Positions 1 to 13,139 are shown, numbered from the stretch's first letter. The stretch is DNA of 64,000 nucleotides from Octopus sinensis (GCF_006345805.1 NC_042999.1:44640001-44704000), one strand, 5' to 3'. Program-made: numbers and translations. The notes: generated by a model not told the origin, from the letters alone.

Positions 1-292
1 AGTACCATGCGAACGTGGCCAATGCCAGCACTGCCTTGACTGGCTTCCGTGCTGGTAGCACGTAAAAAGCACCAACCGATCGCGGTCACTGCCAGCTTCG
101 CCTGGCGCCTGTGCCGGTGGCATGTAAAAAGCACCCACTACACTCATGGAGTGGTTGGTGTTAGGAAGGGCATCCAGCTGTAGAAACACTGCCAGATCAG
201 ACTGGAGCCTGGTGCAGCCTCCTGACTTCCCAGACCCTTGCCAGCATGGAAAACAGACGTTAAATGATGATGATGATGATGATGATGATGAT
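1..292 (+). mobile_element. 3' UTR/tail of the RTE LINE family (5'-truncated copy) ending in (GAT)n
   Basis: Has the GGCACGTAAAAGCACC units and the AAGCACCCACTACACTC...GGAAGGGCATCCAGCTGTAGAAAC...GCATGGAAA block, then (GAT)n. The same block follows RTE coding sequence at 19110-19286 and 60020-60190. Confidence 0.8.
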
Positions 293-1693
293 GTAGGTGT
301 ATTGGTAAAAGCATGGTTTTGAGGCTAGCACAGTCATCTGAATTATGACTGATGCATAGTCATGTGGGCAGTTTTTTTTGCAATATTTCTTTTGTTATAA
401 ATTTGTGTTTATAAAGTGTATAATTTAATTCATGTCAATGTTTATGTCTAGATTGTTAAGAGGTAGACTTCAAAACCATATGGCTTTGTGGTCAGTCCAC
501 GTGTGTGGTACTTTGGGCAAGAATTTTTATGATAACTCCAGACTGACTGAGTGGTAAACAGGTGAACAAAAACTGAAAGAAACCTACATGCACATGAACA
601 TATGTACATGCATACATGCACACGTTCACGCGTGCACACACACACACACACACACACACATTATCATCATCATCATCATCATTTAATGTCCACATTTCTT
701 TGCTTGCTTCAGTCAGATGGAATTTATTGAGGCAGATTTTCTGCTTCTGGATGTCCTTGTTGCCAACCCTCACCTGCTTCCAAGCAAGGTAATATTTCCC
801 CATGGCTAAATATGGCTTTCATGGTATATGTATATGTGCATGTACATGAGTGTGTGTGTGTGTGTGTATGTGTTCATACCCCTTTGTCTTGACATTAAAT
901 GCCAATTCTAAACGAATGTTACCAGTATCATACAAGCAGTGTTGGTCAATAGGAATCTTCTGTGAAAACGTGTCTAGCCATTGGGCTGTTTGTGTTCAAA
1001 GGACTAGGAGAAATATTGCCTAACTTGACAAAAGATAAGGGTTTTGTTGTAGTTTAGTAATCAACCAGATATTGAGTTGGTAATTTGACAGAGTTGGTAA
1101 GAACATTTGACTGAATGTTTTGTGATATTTATTCCAGTTCTATGTGCACTGAGTTCACATCTTTGCTTTTCATTCATGGGTGGGGGTCAATAAAAATGTA
1201 ACAATCCAAAACAGACAATTGACAGAACTGTAAGAATGTCAGACATTCTTACAATTCTAGATACCTTGTGGTGTTTCTTTGTGGCTCCTTGTGTTCAGTT
1301 CATTACACATGGTGAGACATGAGTTCAAATCCCATCATGGCCTACTTGTTTTTGTTTGCTCCTTCTCGAGCCATACTTGGCTCATAAGGGCCAGTTTCCT
1401 GGTTTCCTTGGCATATAGGTTTCCCACCTGAACTTGGGGTGGGTGGGTAAATTTAACATTTTGTCTAGTTTAATACCACCATCTGGCAACTTGGATGTCT
1501 TACGTGGAGCCCAATCTCTTGTAAGATTTCAAACTAGTCTTTGATTTTAGGATACCTAGAATGCCTACTTTTTCCTGTTCCCACCAGTATCAGAAGCCCT
1601 GTAATGGGTTAGGGTTATGGACACTACCTACTCCCCTCATGAAAAAAATAAGACCTTCCCACCCAAAAAGAAGATATACAGTTCAAGTATTAA

Positions 1694-1899
1694 CCCCTTA
1701 ACATTTAAACTGGCCAAAATATTTTACCTGTTTTATGTCTAAACTGTTCAGATCTGACCCCTCATACTTATCCTACAATGTCATTCTAAAAACAACCTCA
1801 TCATCAAAGTCTTGAAGCTACAAGGTAATGTATGACTAATTCAAAACAATGTGAATATATAAACATTACATTTGACAAAATGATCTCAATGCAAATGGG
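1694..1899. mobile_element. Short non-autonomous element, piggyBac-like ends
   Basis: TTAA|CCC at 1690-1696 and GGG|TTCA at 1897-1903. A related copy at ~39070-39785 is split by an RTE tail insertion. Confidence 0.45.
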
Positions 1900-1904
1900 T
1901 TCAA

Positions 1905-2595
1905 TAATAAAGAAGGCTGAGGGTGTCTTGGCATCACTCACCAAGTCCTTTGTAAGCCACTCTCTGGCTATCTATCTGCGGCTTTATATAGTTATGGTGC
2001 GACCTCACCTGGAATTTGCATCACCGGTCTGGAACCCCTATCTTGCCCAGGATATTAATCTTCTGGAAGCCGTTCAGCAACGTGCAACCAAGAGAATACC
2101 CTCCATCAGGCATTTGCCATATTCTGAACGCCTTACTTCCCTGGGCATGGATACATTGAAACTCCAACATCTGGCAGCTGACTTGGCAGACACCCATAAA
2201 ATTATCAACCAGCTTACTAACAATAACTCTGAGCACCTTTTCAAACTCCATCTGTCTAACACCCGTGGACATGTTTACAAAGTCAGAAAACAGCATAGCT
2301 CCCATGACTTTCGGAAACATTTTTTCATGCTAAGAGTTGATGAAGTATGGAACAAACTGCCGGCATCAGTTGTTAATTGTTGGCGCACTGCATCCTTCAA
2401 AACCTCCATGCTTCCTGAGACTCGCCAACACTACACCTGATTTTCTCCCCTCCATACACATGCAAGCATATATCTGACTCATACACTGTTCACTTTCCAG
2501 ACATTTGTACATTACTGCATATGCTTTATGCACACTTTTGACAAGTTATGGTGCACCTGAGCACTGTATACAATACTTTCATTATTATTATTATA

Positions 2596-2658
<63 letters not shown>

Positions 2659-2660
2659 TA
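1905..2660 (+). mobile_element. CR1/L2-type LINE 3' fragment (RT C-terminus, 3' UTR, (TTA)n tail)
   Basis: ORF 1832-2440 contains RLYIVMVRPHLEFASPVWNPY, LEAVQQRATKRIP, YSERL and RKHFF..RV..WNKLP, typical of CR1/L2 ORF2 ends. (TTA)n tail at ~2580-2660. Confidence 0.85.
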
Positions 2661-3563
2661 AATAATGGTAAGAAAAATGACTACATGGAGACATTTTTCT
2701 TCCAACTCATAAATGCATTCTATAATGATTTTAGATTTTGATGCAAGGTAGCAACTTTGTGGGGTGGGAGCTAGTTGATGATATCACCTCCTACTGTTCA
2801 ATGGGTACTTATTTTATTGACTTAGAAAGGATGAAAGGCAAAGGAGACTTCAGAATTTACGTAATGCTGAAAGAAATGTTGGTATTTTATCTGGCATGCT
2901 AACAAGTTTGCTCACTTGTTGCCTTATTAAATAAGAAATAATGAAAAGGAATATGATTATATGAAAAAGGTTTTTTTTTTTTTTTATCTTTGCTTTATAA
3001 ATGCATTCGATAATGCATGTGATAGGAATCTGTAAAGGATGATGGGTGACAAAAAGTAAAGCATAAAAAAAAAAAAAACGAAGAAAAATATCACTGTGAA
3101 ATATTTTTAGGAAATATACCAAGCAGAAATAATTAATTCTGTGAATGGAAATATTTTTAGCTTTGCTCTAAAACAATTTTGAGGTTACAACCCCAAGAGA
3201 GAACATGTCATTCTGACAGCTGAAATCATGAAAATGACCTTGTTGGGTTTCATTCAGCTTCAGTGTAGTCTGAACCATACATGCTCTTTCACAGCCTTTA
3301 CACTCACACACACATGCACATGTATGCACGCACGCACTCACACACAAACACACACACACATTGTAGTGGTGTGAAACCTAAGTTGCAAGACTAACTGCTA
3401 TTTTCAGTTTTAATAAAGCTATGTGTGTGTATGTAAGACAGTTACAATGAAAATGAAGATTAATACATCTGCAAGTGTTTTTTATTTTTACCACTTGAAA
3501 CTGTTAACCATAACTTGGAATATAACTGAGTGCTCAATCAATACCAGCCTGCATACATTATTC

Positions 3564-3614
<51 letters not shown>

Positions 3615-3654
3615 TGTATGTTTCTATATGTATGTATAAAGAGGAAAGACCCAC

Positions 3655-3972
3655 TTCAGTCATGAATGACCATGGAATTGCACCTAGAAAGTTCTCCTCC
3701 GAGGCACAAGTCTAGGTAAGGTTGTTTATGGAAGACCAGCAGTCACCCATGCATACCAGCCTCTCCTCTCCATGCCACCGATGTTACCCAAGGGTAAGTC
3801 AGAGGCCGATACAACTTGTCACCACTGATGTCGCAACTCATTTCTACAGCTGAGTGAACTGGAGCAACATGAAATATAGTGTCTTGCTTAGGAATGCATC
3901 GTGCAGTCCAGTCCAGGAATTGAACTCACTACCTCATGATTGTGAGCCCAGCACTCTAAACACTGAGCCATG
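3655..3972 (-). mobile_element. tRNA-derived SINE, same family as 62168-62505
   Basis: Reverse complement aligns along its length with the plus-strand SINE at 62168-62505. Confidence 0.75.
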
Positions 3973-4514
3973 TATAAATATGTATAAAATTGTTAAAGTT
4001 ATGGTTGGTATATTTTTTTCTCTGAGGGAATTGGTATGTTGGTCAGCCTATCACCATTTTATGCCTGCCTTCCATGCCAGTATGGGTTTGATGGGTGGTT
4101 ATTGTTTAAATCAGTTCCAATTCAGAGCCATATCATAAATTGGATTGTGTTGCAAATATACTTTTGGCATTGTAGGTAATATCAAATGATATTACATAGA
4201 TACAATAATCATAATTACGGTATTTTTTTTCAAATTACCCACAACTTATAAAACATTGTGAAATCCTAATTTTTGAATAAAAAAATTGAATAAAAATAAG
4301 TATAAATAAAGTGATTAGGGTATTGGTTCCATGATTCTAAAGGCCTATATTTGATTCCTGGACTGGGTGACCTACTGTGGCCTTGAGCAAGGTGTTTCAT
4401 CTCATGATGCTCCAGTCCACTCAACTGCAAATACCAACTGGATGTTAATATGGTAATGAACTGGCATCTTTTCAGAAGAAATGGAATAAATGGAATCTTA
4501 TGGAATCCCATGGA

Positions 4515-4727
4515 TCACTACATCCTTCAAAACTTCCATGCTTCCTGAGATTCACCAACATTACACCTGATTTTCTCCCCTCCTTAAACACGCAAACATG
4601 TATCTGACTCATACACTGTTCACTTCCCAGGCATTTATGCATTACTGCATATGCTTTATATGCACATTTGACAAGTTGTGGTGCACCTGAGCACTGTATA
4701 CAATAATTTCATTATTATTATTATTAT
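4515..4727 (+). mobile_element. Second CR1/L2 3'-end copy
   Basis: CATCCTTCAAAACTTCCATGCTTCCTGAG...GTGCACCTGAGCACTGTATACAATA plus (TTA)n; closely matches 2391-2600. Confidence 0.8.
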
Positions 4728-5039
4728 AGTCTCAGTTGCTTAAATATCTTTGAAAGTAGTATAATCTCCAGCCTAATGAACTTACACCAGTTTTTGGTAT
4801 AAGTACCAACCTATATACTTCACTTCCCCAACTACTTCCTCTCTATAAAGTTTAAGAGAGATCCACAAAAAGCATTGTCCCCCTATCTGGGAATGAGCTG
4901 ATGCTATACACTCAGACATTCTGGCCTCATAAAAAGGAAGGACCACCTGACTGCTTGGCATGAAGTTGCTTACAAACACCACTCTTGATACATACTCTCT
5001 TACTTTTTACTTTATGTTCTTGCTTGATGGGGTTGGGGG

Positions 5040-5500
5040 TCATCCTAAGTTAGTGGTCTCAGAGGCATCATCATGCCAGCCTCTCTGTATCCTCCAAGAT
5101 GACATCGAGCCTCTGGAAATCTTCCTTAATCATGTCCAGCCATCTGGTGTAGTGCTTGCCAGAGGGCCTCTTCCAGTCCACAGCTGCTGCGTCAAACAAG
5201 AGTAAGGCCCTGGTAAGATGCTCTGGCAGGAGGCAGAGGACACACCCATATCAACATATGTGGTAGATAACTATGGGCTGATGCATGTGCACACACAGTT
5301 CTTCGTTGGAGATGTGATGGTATCATCTGATGGTCTTAATGGTTCTAAGGGTTCTGCTTTTGAAGCCATTGACTCTGCCAGGGTCTTCGTGAGAAGTCCC
5401 TTTTCTGACATCTACGACTACTACAATATCTTCTACTTATTAGAGTGGGCTGGTATCCTACTGACTCCACTTCCTACTCACTTGTCTCTCTTCTTCTCAT
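5040..5500 (-). mobile_element. Degenerate RTE-clade LINE, ORF C-terminal remnant
   Basis: Minus-strand frames give ...LPEHLTRALLLFDAAAVDWKRPSGKHYTRWLDMIKEDFQRLDVILEDTERLA, resembling RTE C-termini, with stops and frameshifts. Confidence 0.7.
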
Positions 5501-6299
5501 AATATACCTGCTCTTAAGTTCTGTACTATCTCTTAAGTGCAATCCTTTCCCAGAACAACATGTCCCTAGAATTACCTTCAGGCAGCTACACATGCAAAAG
5601 TTTAAACGAAATGGTAAAGGCATCACTTTTGCAGAGGGACAACCTCTTTCTAAATGCCAAATCAAAACTAAAAAAATTAAAAAAACATAAAACATGAGGG
5701 GAAAATAATCCAGGGAAACATTTGTATACTAAATATAATTATGGTAGGGTCTTACATATGTAATATAGTGCATTGAAAGTCTTCAATTAACTGAGATTAT
5801 GAAAGTAATCAGTAGACAAACTTCCAATTACTTGGATTAGTAGTAATTAGGTTTGAGACAGACTTCAACTTTAATTATACAAATTAAACAAATTAATGAA
5901 ATAAACACTAATTTTCAAAATGAAAATATTTATTAGATAAAAATGAAATCAAGTAAGATAAATTTCTAATTTGATTATTTGCAATATATATATTATCAAA
6001 AACAATAATACAGTCTAACTATTAATTAATTACCAACATTGGCAAAAGTATGTTCCCGACATTACTAATCACATGCCAGTATCACAAGCTAGTCAAAGGA
6101 GATAAATTCAATAAGGTTAGAGTTACCTCTGTTTGGGAGATAGCTAAACAGAGAGACTGAGCGACAAACTGCTAATATTGGGTCATCCCATAAATAATGC
6201 TGTTTTTTTTCAATTGCATGAACTAAAAGTCAGGAGGGGATGGGATAAACTACATGCATCAACTTGCTATAAAAGCAGGTAGTAATTTTACCTTGTACT

Positions 6300-8185
6300 T
6301 ACTTATTCTTAGTGCAAGTCTCTTGTCGTGTGAACGTTTTTCCAGTGCTTCCTGTGCCATTTGTTGGATTGTTATATTGTTGCAGTGAGTTGCTGTTGTT
6401 TTTGCAATTGTTTTTGTTGAAGGACTGTTTATTGCTTCGTTGAAGTGGCTTGTTTTCAATTCCCCCCCTGCGGGGAAATTATTGTTGAACTGTGCAGCTT
6501 TGAGCCAATTCTGTGGGACGTAAGTCCAAATTTTACACTGTTTGGCGTTTTGCCGTAAATTGCATTCTGTTTAAAAGAAAAACAAAACAATAACAACATC
6601 ATTGAGTTACCATTGAGTACAATGGATTCGTCAAACAATTTAATTATTGATATGCCTGTTTTTGTAACAGGTGAAGAAGAAAAAACACCGGCAGTGTCGC
6701 CAAAAGAGGCAGCAGGAAAGAAAGAAAGAGAAATTAACACAGAGATGAATAATTTTAAAAAGTTTATGATGATGTTAAAAAAAGGAGTAGCCCCCTCCAA
6801 CAGAAACAATAGAACAAGTTAATAAGAAAAGAATAATCTATAAAACCTACAACATTGAGAAGAAAAGAATTGACAAAACAGAAGAAAAATTTATTGAAAA
6901 ATGCCTAAAGCTCATATGGTCGGATATAACCTACTTGACAAGAGGAAAACGTTTTGGAATGGTTGAAGTGAGGTTCACATCAGAGGAGGTGGCCTGGTAG
7001 CATTCTTCTGAAACTTTGAGAACTGAGGAGGTGGTTCTTCTTTCCATATATATGGGAAGAAGAACATCAAAAGTAAAAATTACAAATAGATGCTGCCTAG
7101 CTAGTGGCAGCCATAATAATGAATCAGGAAGAAGAAATCACTATTCTCCAGGCCATAGTGGTGGAGGAAGTGAACTGGAAGGGACAATGCTTGAACATGT
7201 TGATTCAGGCAGAGGTCCCTACACTGGAAGAAATTCAAGAGATAATAAATTTTGGCGAGGAGAGGCTGATCGTCTTCATAGAAAGCAGGAAGCCAAGATG
7301 TTTTAACTGCGGGTTAAAGGGCCATATAAGGTCCGAGTGCCAACCCGCAGAAAAAGTGCAAGAAGAAAAGGAAGGAGAAGGAGCAGTGACGGTGGAAGCG
7401 TCACCTACATCAGCAGAGATGACACCACTACCAGCAAAATCGGAGGAAGAGTGCGACGATAAAGAAAAAGAGGAGGGGTGGTCGACTGTTTTTTAAAAAA
7501 GAAAGAAAAAACATAGACCAACCTTACCAAACTGAAAAAAGAGTGAAAAATGAAATAGAAAAGGACATTAATTACATGGCCATCAAGGCATCAAATAATA
7601 GACTGATTAACCGTCTGCCAAACAGGTAGAAAAAACATCATCAAAAGACTTTTGCATCTACAAGATAGGCCGGAAGGATTACGGATGGATTAAGTCCGAA
7701 TTTTTTTATGACATGGGCCCTCTCAGGATGGGCTACTCTCCATATATCTATGAGGGCCTATGTAAAAAAAAAACCCACAAGCCTGAGAGAAAGAAGAAGA
7801 GGAAGAAGGTGAATCGAACCACTGATGGGAGGTAAGTCATGTCAAATATTCATGTTGGTTGTGTAAATGTGCATGGCCTGGTGTCAAGCTGGAAGAAAGG
7901 TCGCTTCCTAAATGACATCAGGTCGCGTAATTTGGATGTTATTGTCGCTACAGAAACCTGGTTAAGGGGGCCAAGAGATCTGCTCCCACTGTTGGATGGC
8001 TATGAGAGTTTTTTCTTTCCAGGCTGACATTCTACCAGAAGTGGGGTGTTGGTCCTGTTAAAAAGAAACCGGGTTCCTAAGAAAAAGTTAATTTTTTCCA
8101 ATCCAGAAGGTAGGCTGGTTATCATGGACTTGATGTTCAGCTGTGGTAAAGTTATCAGACTGGTTGCAATTTATGCACCCACAAC
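6300..8185 (+). mobile_element. 5' portion of an L1/Tx1-type LINE (5' UTR, broken ORF1 with CCHC knuckle, start of APE endonuclease)
   Basis: ORF1 pieces include IYMGRRTSKVKI and RKPRCFNCGLKGHIRSEC. ORF2 start MSNIHVGCVNVHGL..NDIRSRNLDVIVATETWL and EGRLVIMDL..RLVAIYAP are homologous to the element at 48183. Confidence 0.8.
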
Positions 8186-8227
8186 AATTAACTGTTTGAT
8201 TTTAATAGTTAATTTTTCAAAGCTATA

Positions 8228-9066
8228 ATGGAAGTGACAAAGGAACATATTCGGCATATTTTACTTTATGAGTTCAATAAAGGCAACAATGCAATGGAAA
8301 GTGTGAGGAATATTAATGCAGTATATGGGGATTGGACAATAAGCATCAGCCAGTGTCAATGGTGGTTTCAGAAATTCCAAGTCAGAAACTACAGCCTAGA
8401 AGATGAACCTTGTCATGGAAGATCTGTAGAACTTGACAAGGATGTCCTGCAAACCCTGGTGGAACAAAATCCCATTGTAACTGTTGAGAAGCTTGGATTT
8501 GGTCATTCGACCATTCATTGAAACCTGCATGCCATTGGAAAAGTTAGCAAATTGGGTCAATGGGTTTCTCACAAACTTTCCAAGTCTAATCATACACAGA
8601 GAGTGAATGTGTGCTCTTCTTTGCTGTCACGTCTCACAAATGAACCTTGTTTTTGACTGAATAGTGACTGGTGATGAGAAATGGGTTCTCTACAAAAATG
8701 TCAAGTGCTGAAGATAGTGGGTAGGGAAAGGAGAAACATTGGCACTCCAGGCTAAAGAAAATCTTCACCCACATAAGGTATTGTTATCTGTTTGGTGGGA
8801 TATGAAAGGTTTAGTCCACTTTGAACTTTTAAACTCAAACCAAATAATAACAAAGGAGATCTACTGTGAGCAGCTTGAGTGGCTTAAGTCAACGCTAGAA
8901 GAAAAATGACCATCTTTGGTTTCAAGATGAAAGGTGTTCTTCCATCAGGATAACGGTCAGCCACATACAATGAGAATGGCATTCAAAAGGCTGGAACAGT
9001 TTGAATGGGAAATGATACCCCACCCACCATATTTGCTGGACATTGCCCCATCTGATTACCATTTGA
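8228..9066 (+). pseudogene. Mariner transposase, disrupted and C-terminally truncated
   Basis: MEVTKEHIRHILLYEFNKG..NAVYGD helix-turn-helix; TGDEKW (8667-8684); HQDNGQPH (~8943-8966); HPPY..DIAPSDYHL (~9020-9066); stops and frameshifts in between. Confidence 0.9.
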
Positions 9067-9145
9067 AGAAAAATTTTGTTTATCTTAATTTTGAAAAATA
9101 AAAGAAGTATAAAAAAACCCCGCATTAATTATGTGATGACCCAAT

Positions 9146-9395
9146 ACATATACAAACATACATACATACATACATACATACATACATACATACATACATA
9201 CATACATACATACGTACATACATACATACATACATACGTACATATATTCATACATACGTACATGCATGCTTGCATGCATGCATACATACATATATACATA
9301 CATACATACATACATACATACATACATACATACATACATACATACATACATACATACATACATACATACATGCATACATACATACATACATATAC
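9146..9395. repeat. (ACAT)n microsatellite
   Basis: Direct inspection. Confidence 0.95.
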
Positions 9396-9711
9396 ATCTC
9401 AAAAATATATAGGCACCATCTTTTTCCTTTTTTTTGGGGTAGGTGGGGTGGAATTTATTTCTAGTAAGAATATAATCTCATTTGATGCATTTAGGTAATT
9501 AATCTAGTATTTGGTAGACATGCCTTGTGAAGTTTTGTTATGGTTTAATCAATTTGGGCATTGTTCTAAGGAGTCATGTCCACATAGAAAAAATGATTAA
9601 ATGCGGGGTGTCTATTTACTTTTAATCCGTCTGTGTACACTGACACACATAAACATGTGCACACACAGACGCTCATACACATACACAGTCAAACATACAT
9701 TCATATATATA

Positions 9712-9847
9712 TTGAAAAAATGAATAGAAAAGGCTTTTCTGATAATTTTTCCACTTTAATAATTAAATGTTTATAAGTAAACTTATAAATATCTAATTAT
9801 TGAAGTGGAAAAATTATCAGAAAAGACATTTCTATTCATATTTTCAA
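9712..9847. repeat. Near-perfect AT-rich palindrome (~67-bp arms, 2-nt centre)
   Basis: TTGAAAAAATGAATAGAAA..TTTTCTGATAATTTTTCCACTT..TTATAAGT-AA-ACTTATAA..AAGTGGAAAAATTATCAGAAAAG..TTTCTATTCATATTTTCAA. Confidence 0.85.
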
Positions 9848-9879
<32 letters not shown>

Positions 9880-10065
9880 GAGTGTATTTTTACCTTGTTA
9901 ACAATTAACACGGAAAAAATAAATAAATAGTTACCAGGGTAGCAAAAATCTCACAAGTAAAGATGTTGTAATTCCTTGTTTATAAAGGTAGAAACTTCGT
10001 GTTTACGTGGAATATTTTGAATAATATATGAATAAATAAATGTTTTTATTTATTCATATATATAT

Positions 10066-10116
<51 letters not shown>

Positions 10117-10886
10117 ATGATGATGATGATGATATATATATATGTATATATCATTCAACTATGGTAGTAGTTGAATAATATTCTTAAGGCTGCAATTTAT
10201 TCACATGCAGCACCTTTCAGAGCTTGTTGCTAATTCAGTTCTTAACCAAAATGAAAACTGTTAACCTTTTTGAAGATGAATGGTCACGAACTACATTTTG
10301 GCATAAAAAATATTGAGATTTGATCCAGTAGAAAAAGTTTATATCAAAATTTGTAGCAATGTTATAGGAGAATAAGTAATGTCACCAATCAAGTTTAGAT
10401 CTAAATAACTTTTTTATTTTAAAAACAAAATATGTTTATCTTAGCTTCAATGATTGAAGAAAGCATGGAGAATTTCGTAGTTTTGTTCCCATGCAACAAA
10501 ACTTTCTATCAAAACAGTTGTGAGGTAAAATATGAAAAAAATATAAAGCAAAAAATTGAATTTAAGTATAATTAACTTTTTTATTTTAAAAGCAAACTAT
10601 ATTTTAATAAAGCTTAAATGATAGAGCTCAATTCAAGGAGTTTCATGGTATCAATCTCATGAAATGAAGTTTTAAAAGAAAAAAGTTTTGAGTGTTTGTT
10701 TCTCAAATTTGAGGGTGACAATATAGTTCTATACTTTTTTATGAATATAGTTCTATAAGAGGACTATTTTTATATATGTCACCGACATCATTGACGTAAG
10801 GAAAAAATTTATCAATGACACTGCTAATTGACACATTCAACACATTATTAATTAGCATAATAGCATAGCCTGGAAAAAAAACATGG

Positions 10887-11756
10887 ATTACATGGAAAAA
10901 TGCGAGCAAGAGAAATAATATTCTTAAGATTATAAACCTGGAAAATTACAGGACAAGCTATTGCACTTGGAAAAGTTCAGAACAACTTATTACATCCGGT
11001 AAAGTACAGAACAAAAAAATTTTTACTTAAAATATTGCAGCTAAGGATAAAATTCTAAAATTAAAAATTATTTGATTTTAATTTACAAAGTAACATTATA
11101 ATTAAAAAAAGGTACCATCATTTTGTTAAAATGTTGACACACTAGAATACTTAAAAAATGAGAGCCAGAAGTACCAATATAGCTAAAATTTTATGCAAAG
11201 TAGAATAGTATATATGGTAGGCAAATTCATTATGTAAAAAAAATAGGCATCGAGTCAAGACTAAAACTGTGAAGACTTGGCAATAACTCAAGCAAATTTT
11301 ACTTTGAATTTGTTGTTATAGGTAGATTTTACTGTAATGTATAACTAATTTTTGTATTATTCTATTTATTGCACCAACAAATTATGTACTACTATAATTT
11401 TTTATGACCTATTTTCAAATTTCTAATTATCAATTAATAATTAAAAAATGAATTTTTTTAAAGTGCAAAAAATATTTTAATTGAGTTTTTTTTAAATTTT
11501 AATAAAAGTAACAAATAGAAGTAATAACTTATAATAAAATTTAAAGTTTTAATAAAAGCTAATATTTTCTAATCTAAATATTTTATTTGAAATTTTATCT
11601 TTAGCTGCAATATTTTAAGTAAAAATTTTCTTGTTCTGTACTTTAGCAGATGCAATAAGTTGTCCTGAACTTTTCCAAGTGTAATAACTTGTGCTGTAAT
11701 TTTCCAGGTTTATAATCTTAGAATATTATTTCTCTTGCTTGCATTTTCCATGTAAT
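10887..11756. mobile_element. Foldback/MITE-like element with ~185-bp terminal inverted repeats
   Basis: 10887-~11072 is the reverse complement of ~11575-11756 (ATTACATGGAAAA...CTGGAAAATTACAG...TTTTTACTTAAAATATTGCAGCTAA). Confidence 0.7.
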
Positions 11757-12289
11757 ATATATATATATATATATGAAAGAAGGTTTGAAAATGCACTTTT
11801 AAAAGATGTTTATTTACTTTACCAGTTTCACTTTTTAGAAAAAGATTGTCAAAAGTAACATGTAAAAGTTTGGTTGTGTTAATTACTGGTTGTCACAAAA
11901 TATTACAATATACATATACATTCCTTGATAATAAGAACATGTTAAGAACAGCTTACAAGAGAAAATCTTGGGAAAATATAAAAAAGTTTAACAAGTTCAT
12001 TAAAATATTGGGCACAAAAGATTACAACATATATATACATTCTCAAGAAAATGTTAAAGATAGTTTCCAGAAGGAATTATTAAAAAGTTCAGTGGAATAT
12101 TGGTATTGTATCTGTATATATATACACACACAGAATATTATAAGTTCAAAAAACTTTACATTATAGTAGAAGGGTAGCTTAAACTGACCTGGTCCACCAT
12201 GTTATCGTAAAAACTATTTTTTATTTCAAGGTTTGAAATAAAAAATAGCCAATACCAACACCAAGAGAAGCAGCCCCAGCTCCACCAAT

Positions 12290-13050
12290 GACAACACCAC
12301 TGCTGACATCAGTGACAATGACAGCACCAGTAACAGTGCCAACAACAGCAACACCTACAACAACAACAGGTGCATTGACATCACGTGCCTACAGAAATAT
12401 ATGGGATGCACTGGGAATTCTCTCAAACAGTGTCTTTCCAATCATTTGTCCTCCTTTAGAGTCTAGAAAGGAGATATGTGACATGATTGGCCAACCTTGT
12501 CTGGCAATTAAGAGATGACAGGATACCATACACGATAACTTGGAAAATACTTGACAACCCAGGCCCCTACATCAATGTGACAAAACGTTGCAAGTTATGC
12601 ATTGCCAAACACACAAGAATCTTAAAAGACTCACTCATGCTAGGGAGCATCCTGAACTCCAGGACAGAGATTTTCGGGCCATGTTTGCAATTTAGAAGAT
12701 TCCTGCTGGCGTTTTGGAACCCGCAAGGTGATGTCACAGCTGGAAGCCAATAGCCATGGCTGAAGGGAGACAATCATTTACCTTCATGGTTCTTTGGTGA
12801 CCACAAGATGGCAGTGAGGTCGAAGCCCAATGGCCAATGGCAAAGGGAGATAATCACCTAGTGTTTACCTTTATAGTGAGGCATTTCCCACTTCATATTT
12901 TGAAGAGGTCTTAGGCCAGCAATATTTGGGGCTTGAAAATACACCGTAAGGCCAAACACCTTATGAGCAAGAAACCCAGGGTAACCCCATAAACTGGCCT
13001 ACTCCATTATAAATTAACTGCTCTATATCTTAGTGTGTGCTTCTCCTCCA
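12290..13050 (+). mobile_element. Penelope-like retroelement 3' remnant (GIY-YIG endonuclease C-terminal region)
   Basis: ORF 12487-12753 (LVWQLRDDRIPYTITWKIL..PYINVTKRCKLC..ILNSRTEIFGPC.QFRRFLL) fits the W.I..PY..KRC.LC..LN.R.E..C..FLL pattern of Penelope-like element C-termini. Recognised by eye. Confidence 0.6.
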
Positions 13051-13072
13051 GATTTATGTATTTCTGCAAACA

Positions 13073-13139
<67 letters not shown>

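Larger units (their letters stand above)
6178..9144 (+). mobile_element. Mariner (DD34D) transposon with TIRs, carrying a ~1.9-kb LINE insert
   Basis: Left TIR TA|TTGGGTCATCCCATAAATAATGC (from 6178). The right end reads in reverse TA|TTGGGTCATCACATAATTAATGC (ends 9144). TA dinucleotides on both sides. Confidence 0.85.

Noticed and set aside
11846-12166. 106-aa ORF in AT-rich DNA
   Set aside because: No recognisable domain, starts at a non-ATG codon and ends in a microsatellite; consistent with chance.
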